A DNA stretch of 64,000 bases from Macrostomum lignano (lineage: Eukaryota): assembly GCA_002269645.1 (NCBI GenBank), contig NIVC01003322.1:1-64000 (forward strand). Reading direction: 5' to 3'. Positions within the stretch are counted from its first letter, which is position 1. The number at the start of each line of letters is the position of its first letter. Both the position numbers and the translations under genes were made by a program. The notes under the pieces are model-generated. The model did no database searches. It was given only the letters and a program-made list of their open reading frames with translations, and was not told the DNA's origin. This document shows, piece after piece, positions 57,351 through 64,000 of the stretch.

Positions 57351-57849
57351 ACAATGCTTCTAGTCGAATATACTAACAATAAGCTTATTCATATGGTACT
57401 ATCGGTAAACAATAAGCAAAGATCAGTCGTTTTCACATCACAAAATTCTAAATCTCTAAGATCTTTATTTACTAAATTAAAATAGCAATTAAAACATCCT
57501 GTCAAACTATGAACGCTGTCAGCTTTTATGCTTTTATCCCCGACTATGTTGTCGATACAAAATGACTGCATAAGATCCTAACCTACATGTACTAAGGGGC
57601 CGTACAGCATATCAACATTTAAAATGGCAAATAAAGTCAGTGGATACAGAAGACTATAGCTAGTTTGCATCTGTGCACGTCCCATAAATTACATTTCCCG
57701 TAAAGTCTTGCAATGGAAAAGTACATCTCTATAAATTGCTGCGTTATGGAGATTTTTATCTCCATGCGTGCAGTTAATATAGATAAGAGCCGCATTTGAA
57801 GGATTATTTTACATGAATACTAGCTGGTACATGTAGCCGAAGGGTGCAG

Positions 57850-57957
57850 CAAAAACTGTTGCTGGCGCCCCTTGGTGTTGGCGCCCGTTGGTGCTGGCGC
57901 CCTTTTGGTGCTGGCGCCACTTGGTGCTGGCGCCACTTGGTGCTGGCGCCACTTGGT
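57850..57957. repeat. Short 16-17-bp tandem repeat
   Basis: TTGGTGCTGGCGCCAC units. Confidence 0.8.
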
Positions 57958-58884
57958 CCCAAAAATTTTTTATTGCGTACGATGTGTATTTGTGTACAAT
58001 GCAATGTCATGATTTCGTATTGAAAAGAACTTTTCCTCTGCATGAGTACATGTACAAAAGTCAGCGTATTTTTCCAGAATTAAATCGAGTTACATCCAGT
58101 CCATTAATTTGTTTCTAGTGATCTTTGCAGCTGTATTTTTCGAGCGTACAAATCCAGTCTATCTGACACATGCGCTATAAGGCAAGTTGTAAAAAATTTT
58201 TGCCTTTAATCCGAGAAAAGTTTCAGAAGTTTCATAGCTTTAATTGAAACAGTAAGTTGCACTGCAGAAAATTAACTCCCTTGTTTATGGATCACATGAT
58301 CGGTTCTGGATTAATTTTGCATTTAAAGTCCTGGCTTCAAATGAATAATAAAATTTGTCTGTGTGTTTGAGTTGCTTGCACTACTGTCCTGCCATGCCTC
58401 GGTGGCGTGGGGGGGGCTGCTTTTTGAGCAATTTATTCCCAGCTGCTCCCCAGCATTGGCCGAACACAATCCCAACACGCTTCAGTCTTCAGTTCAGGGA
58501 TGTCTCTCAATCCCAGTATTTGAGATTCGGAACCCATCTGACCGGCAGTTCTTTCTATCCACTTTGAGAACTTGACTAGCAATCCACTCCCAACGGTGAA
58601 GCAACTAAGAAAGGAATCATTTTTTGAATAAAGCCTACCTACGTATGTAGTAGCGCGATGTTTTGACCTGATCTGCATATTGCATATTACTATTGTTAGT
58701 CTCTTGAAGAAAATGATGTTTAAAGCTAAAATAAAGCAGCATACTACAGCCCTAAAAGCTAGGTATATTCTAGCATAAGTAATCTGCAGCATCTCTCTGT
58801 GAGCTTTTGCATCATATAGCCAGCTCCTTTAAGTCAAACTGGCTCAACCCTAACTCTCCCAGCTTTGATGCGTGGGCCTGTACC

Positions 58885-59063
58885 CAGGGACTACTCAAAC
58901 ACCGGGACGGGAAACTAGGAATTTTTTACGAGGCTGGTCTTTTATCAGCAGTAGAAAATAACCATAGACAACAAAGTAACACAGCATCTCTCTAATGCAA
59001 ATAATTGCCAGCCAGCCTCGTAAAAAATTTTAGTTTCCCGTCCCGGTGTTTGAGTAGTCCCTG
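58885..59063. mobile_element. 179-bp hAT-type MITE
   Basis: ~52-bp near-perfect TIRs beginning CAGGGACTACTCAAAC; perfect 8-bp TSD CCTGTACC at 58,877-58,884 and 59,064-59,071. Confidence 0.9.
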
Positions 59064-60227
59064 CCTGTACCAAAAACTCTCAATTGACCCTTAACATCTG
59101 AGCCCCCCCCCCACATGAGCCTTTGATGTCTTATCAATCCCCCCCGCGAACCAAATTTGCAACGCTAGTGCTTGACGTACAGAATTAAAACACGTGCATT
59201 TTTGTATAGCTTATATGTAAAAAGATATTACACGACATCAAGAAAAATTTAAATTTTTTATCCCATACTGGGATTCGCAAAATTCGTGATTTTTTACCCC
59301 GAATACGCAGCCAGACTTGTGCGTGCATTGGCCGTACAGTAAGTACAGTTTGACCGAGATATGACTGCGGAGTGCGTTAAGTACCGACACCAGGCTGCAT
59401 GCATATAGTTAGTACGAAGAAGTTATAAATGTAGGTACACAATCCCTGGGTCTAGGCTGCGTTCTTGCATGGTCCACGATCCGATCCTAACAATCTATAG
59501 TATTCATAATGGTTAAGGTAAAATCACATTCGCACGTGCAACGGTTGGCAGTCGAGCATACAATTGATACAGCTATAGTATCTCTCTGACCTGAAAGCTG
59601 TGTTACACATATAAATAACATATCATATTAAAGCGCATTCGTTAAACTGAAATAGTTATAGTTAGTATGTTTATCCACTGAAATGAAAAAACTCCATTAA
59701 CTATACATTGTAATCAACTCGTGTATTTGAATAGCATAATTCAAAATATATAATACGTGCACTGCACATACTAGAATTATTTATAAATACTCGAAAAGTA
59801 AAAGCTGGATATGAGCCGGATATAAGGTTGTGCGCGTAGATGTTATAAATGGAAAATTTTTTAATAAGTAGAAATTATATAAAAAGTGCAAACTATTAAA
59901 GAAAGCAACATAAATTATGGGAAGCTCATACACCTAAACTGTATTTGCAGTAAATTTACCGCGGTGTTTGCCAGGCAGTTTTTTGTGAAAATATATAAGA
60001 TATATAGAAAAACATATTAATTAAGTGTCTAGATTCATTAATATTACATGTATTAAAAACCAATCGATGTAGATCTAGATGTGTAGAGCGAAATTTCTTG
60101 TGTTGATCAGCAGATACTCACACAACTGCTTTTTAGCTGAGAAAATGTTGCGAGACATAAGTCAGTTCTTGAGCTGTTCTATATGCCGAAGAGCTGAAGA
60201 GCTGAAGAGCTGCTCTATATATGCCGA

Positions 60228-60575
60228 CTAAAGTTGCACATCGGAATCTTCTCGCTGTGCACAGATGCAGACTGAGCCTGAGCCGCAGTTTTGGCGTCGT
60301 CGCAGGACGAATACGACAGCTAACGACAGAACTACAACAATAAAAATAGCTGCAACAATCGCAATATCAGCTACTGAATACGTTCGAACATATTGAGGAT
60401 TCGAATCTCGCCTAATATCAGTCACAGTTGCTGTTGTTGGACCCGGTTGTGGTAAAAAACGGTCGGTAGTATCGTCGCCTTGATCAAACTCAACCATGGC
60501 TCTGATAATATCAAGCACAGTTCTGTTTTTCTCTATTTTAAGTAGTTGCATTTTGCATATCGTCTCTACGTGTAT
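60228..60575 (-). CDS. Putative last exon of a single-pass membrane protein
   Basis: In-frame CAG acceptor at 60,576; Thr/Pro-rich stalk, hydrophobic IAIVAAIFIVVVLSLAVVFVL followed by RRRQ, short tail. Upstream exons not resolved. Confidence 0.5.
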   Translation of the reverse strand: MHVETICKMQLLKIEKNRTVLDIIRAMVEFDQGDDTTDRFLPQPGPTTATVTDIRRDSNPQYVRTYSVADIAIVAAIFIVVVLSLAVVFVLRRRQNCGSGSVCICAQREDSDVQL

Positions 60576-61961
60576 CTGTACACAAAATTTAATTTATTCG
60601 AGTGTCTCATTGCCCATTAGATTGCGCTCTGCAGGGCCGGCTTTTATTTATACGATATTTAAATCGGTGCCATTTAATATCGCGCAGCTTTAAACATAAC
60701 TCATACAACAGTTAAACATATTTTAATCGTTTGAATAAAGCCACGATTTACAGCTAGTCTATAACACCAGTCAAACCGTTTGGATTTATTTGGCACTTAC
60801 TATATTCCGGGCCAGTGCGCACAAACTGCATCGCAATTTCTGAATTCATCGTCCTAGTTTGTAATTCAAATTACACCAACATGGGTATTTCCACATACCG
60901 CATTGCTAATGAGAGAGTATTAATAGGCCTAAAAATAATTTAGTAAGACTTATTACTAGAATATTTAATAATAGTGTATACACCTATCACAATGGATGAT
61001 ACTAAATTGAATTTTTTGTAAGGAGAATATTGATAAAGAAGCTTATTTACTAATTTCATATTTTTAAATGGTCCATTTGACCATGAAAAAATTTAAAAAG
61101 AAAAAGGTTTTGCTTTTGCATAAGCCAGTTTGCCAAAATGGAATTTATTAAAAATGGCTTGGCAGCCTTGGCTTGGCTATATTACCTATATATAGGCCTA
61201 TCCTATAATATTAGACGTAAAACTAAATCTAAATGAAAAGTTCATATACCTTGGGTATTAATGTACTCATAAAAATTGTCAAGTTCTAGACTATACTTCT
61301 ATAAGATATTTTGTCAAATAATCAAAGATCTCTTGAGAATTTATTGTTTAGCCAAATGATAGTTTACAAAACAATTAGCCTTTAAAAGCATTTATTTTTA
61401 ATAAAGTAGTATTAGCTTAATAAGCTAAAAAAGAAAAAATTAATGCATAGTCCTATGTATATCGTATATGTATAGGCCTATGTATATGAATATATCAGTT
61501 ATCATTTTTATCTATGTTTACTTTAGGTAAATAAATATTAAACATTATTTATTTATTTATATTAATGAAATTCTAGAAAATATTATTTTTTTGTGAAAAA
61601 GTATAGTCTAAAAGGCCTGTTGGGTTTATAGGTATAAATTAACTCTATCTTTATTTATATTAGATTTATCCTTTTATAGATCTGCCTTCCTTCCCATTAT
61701 TGATTTTATTGTTGCACTATTGATTTAGGTCTTAGGTTAGGAACTAAGCTCCTAGATAGATTATAAAATATATAGAAATTTATACATCATTGTTTTAATG
61801 CTAAATTCTAATTTTCTATTTCCCTTTTAATCTTTTTATTACAAATTTCTTACTTGTTTGATAGGCTGACTTGTTTGATATTGAATCTAGTGCCAAATAA
61901 AATGATTTAATTTGATTTTCTATTTTAATAATATATATGTAAACTATCAATTCCAGAGCCA

Positions 61962-63094
61962 ATGTCTTCAGCTTCTAATGTAAAGCAAAAACGAATTCAG
62001 TGGCTACATGATCAGCAAAAGAACCAGCAACAATATTGGCCTTGCAATATTAGCTCATTTCACAATGAAGCTACTAACTGTATATTAATATATAAATTTG
62101 ATGGCTTGCCAGTTTTGTGCAATGTTGATGTAGCAAAAACTGTTCAACATGTAAGTTTTCTTTTTTTAATTTTCACACAGGTTACTTTAGTGGTAGCATT
62201 GGATGCTTACAAATACATTAAATTTACCTTTAGAATCAGCCTTATTATATTGGGCTATTAATTAATAAGTCTTTAATAACCAACACGAAATTCAAACACC
62301 CAGCCAGAAAGAAGGCAAGAAGATGTTTATGTTTATTTCGTTTATATCAGCACAGATGTTGCATAAATGTATTCAGACCCATACTTCCACAGTATGTATA
62401 CTAGCCCCAACCTCCTCATAAAAACCTCCAGATTAAAAACAGCAACCTGACTGACGATCGCTATTGCGCCATTTCAACAATACAATGCCTTCAGCGCATG
62501 CTAGCAAACTTACTGTTGTTTCCTTGGAAGACACAGTTGAATTCGATTAGTTGCTACAGCGGATTCGCTGTGCACAGTCTGTTCAAATTGCCCGGCTATA
62601 GCAGACTGCTTGAAGCAATGGGCTACTCACTCATGGACGATGGCAGCGAGTTTCATCTTCGAAAACGTCCCGACGATAGTCAGCATCGACTGCAAGAGCT
62701 GCAATTGTTGCTAATTGACTTGGTGGCAGCCGAGCTATCAATTATTCAATCGCCTAGTCGGTGTCAATCAACACTGACAGCAGATTCCAACCACCAGTAT
62801 AATCCCGGTGTTACCAGTAGTACCGGTGTTACCGCTAGTTCCAACAAAACATTTTCATTCGGTCGCGGCTCTGGTATGGCACTGTCGAAAACCATGACTC
62901 TATCGACTGATTATCGACCAAAACCCGGTTGTGTTGGTCGAGTCTGCAACACTTGCAAAAAAATCAATTCGATTAGAACTGGATTTGGCAGGGGCGCCAT
63001 CAACAGTAGCAGTGATCCTCCGCGTTGTACTTCTTGCAGTGACGTTTTGCCAGTTTCTGACAATAACACTGCTTCCCTGTCTACTTATCTGTGA
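61962..63094 (+). CDS. SPATA2/Tamozhennic-like PUB-domain protein with Cys-rich C-terminus (probably 2 coding exons, ~283 aa)
   Basis: Exons 61962-62150 (GTAAGT donor) and 62432-63094 (phase 0). LQRMLANLLLFPWKTQLNSISCYSGF..LLEAMGY matches the NLLxxPW..IxxYxG..MGY signature of the SPATA2-type PUB domain; C-terminal CNTC..CTSC. Family call is from motif recall. Confidence 0.68.
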
Positions 63095-64000
63095 CTGATT
63101 GGCTGCTGGACTGCACAATCATTCGGAGTCACTTATTTACTAGACTATTTGCGAAACAAACAATTCAAAAAAGTCGAAATGACGATGCAAACAAAATTTC
63201 TGACATTGAATCTAATAAAATCAAGGTGATAGCCTGTAATTTAGCACAGTTATACAAACTTCGAGATGAAAGGCACACTCTGTGGCATGTTAAAGTTATC
63301 ACCTCCGAAACCAGTGGATCAATTATTCTCAGATCTCAGCCCCTCGTGTCAAATGCGGGTGATGTAATTTGCCTCACAAGGCCCTCCAAGCAAGCTTAGG
63401 CCTGATGAGGAGAGAGTGAAGGGCGCTATGGCTGGAGTTTGGTGGAATAAAGCTTGTCACTTGTCGATCACTGGTTTCGGAATGGAGACTTCTGTTAATA
63501 AACAAATTATTTACGGTACAAATTGAGGATCGGCGTTTGTCGTAAGAAAAAACCTTCGATATTTTGCAGATTTTTATCGTCAATTAGGTGTTATAACATA
63601 TTTGTATTGATGAGGCATGGCTGCATTTCACTTGAGGCAAATTTTACTCGTAACTATTTTGCTTTTCACTTCACTACTATAATATACATGTGAGATGTAA
63701 TACATATATAGTTATTATTTGAGTCACAAGCGAGTATACGTGCACTAAGCAACATGTTGAAATTTCCACCCAAAGGGCCAAAACCAGTGACAGCATTAAT
63801 CACACTCTACCTCCAAACCCTCTCCTCAGACCTCATCAACCTAAGCCAGACAGGGCCTTGTGGTGTAGTTTTGAATTGTGTTAGTTGGGGCTGAGTTCTG
63901 AAAAAAATTTTAACCTGTTGCTAGGTGTACATCCAGTTTAAGTAGTCCAAGTAATTAATGTTTTATTAGTAACATTCTGATGGTTGCTCAGTTACTGTAC

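Noticed and set aside
63091-63399. 102-aa ORF after the SPATA2-like gene
   Set aside because: Non-ATG start, no motif; probably 3' UTR.

Overview
Eukaryotic (animal) genomic DNA. The TTAGGG motifs, minisatellite-filled introns and codon style suggest a flatworm such as Macrostomum, but that is inference only. Bases 1-32,743 are one head-to-tail array of Helitron (rolling-circle transposon) units, all on the minus strand. About 11 non-autonomous units (1.4-2.8 kb) are joined 3'-end to 5'-end, two junctions being the exact CTCG|TC expected of rolling-circle concatemers. One 7.7-kb autonomous-type element sits inside the array and carries a 9-exon RepHel gene (~1,528 aa, one frameshift, a GC-AG intron splitting the HUH motif). 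Every non-autonomous unit carries a cassette missing from the autonomous copy: a 30-bp minisatellite followed by a short (TTAGGG)n tract, preceded in all but one unit by a long CT-rich tract. The array also shows stacked 5'-end stubs, chimeric units and a templated-filler deletion junction. The right half holds a 20-bp minisatellite, a LINE RT fragment, a decayed MULE/NOF-type transposase, a 7-exon RING-coiled-coil-NHL gene with a different tandem repeat in every intron, a secreted PAN-like + F-type lectin gene, three perfect heat-shock elements next to a TATA-like box with no HSP gene, a CORE-SINE, an hAT MITE, a single-pass membrane protein exon and a SPATA2/Tamozhennic-like PUB-domain gene. 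All gene models were assembled by hand from splice signals and frame; no database searches were run.
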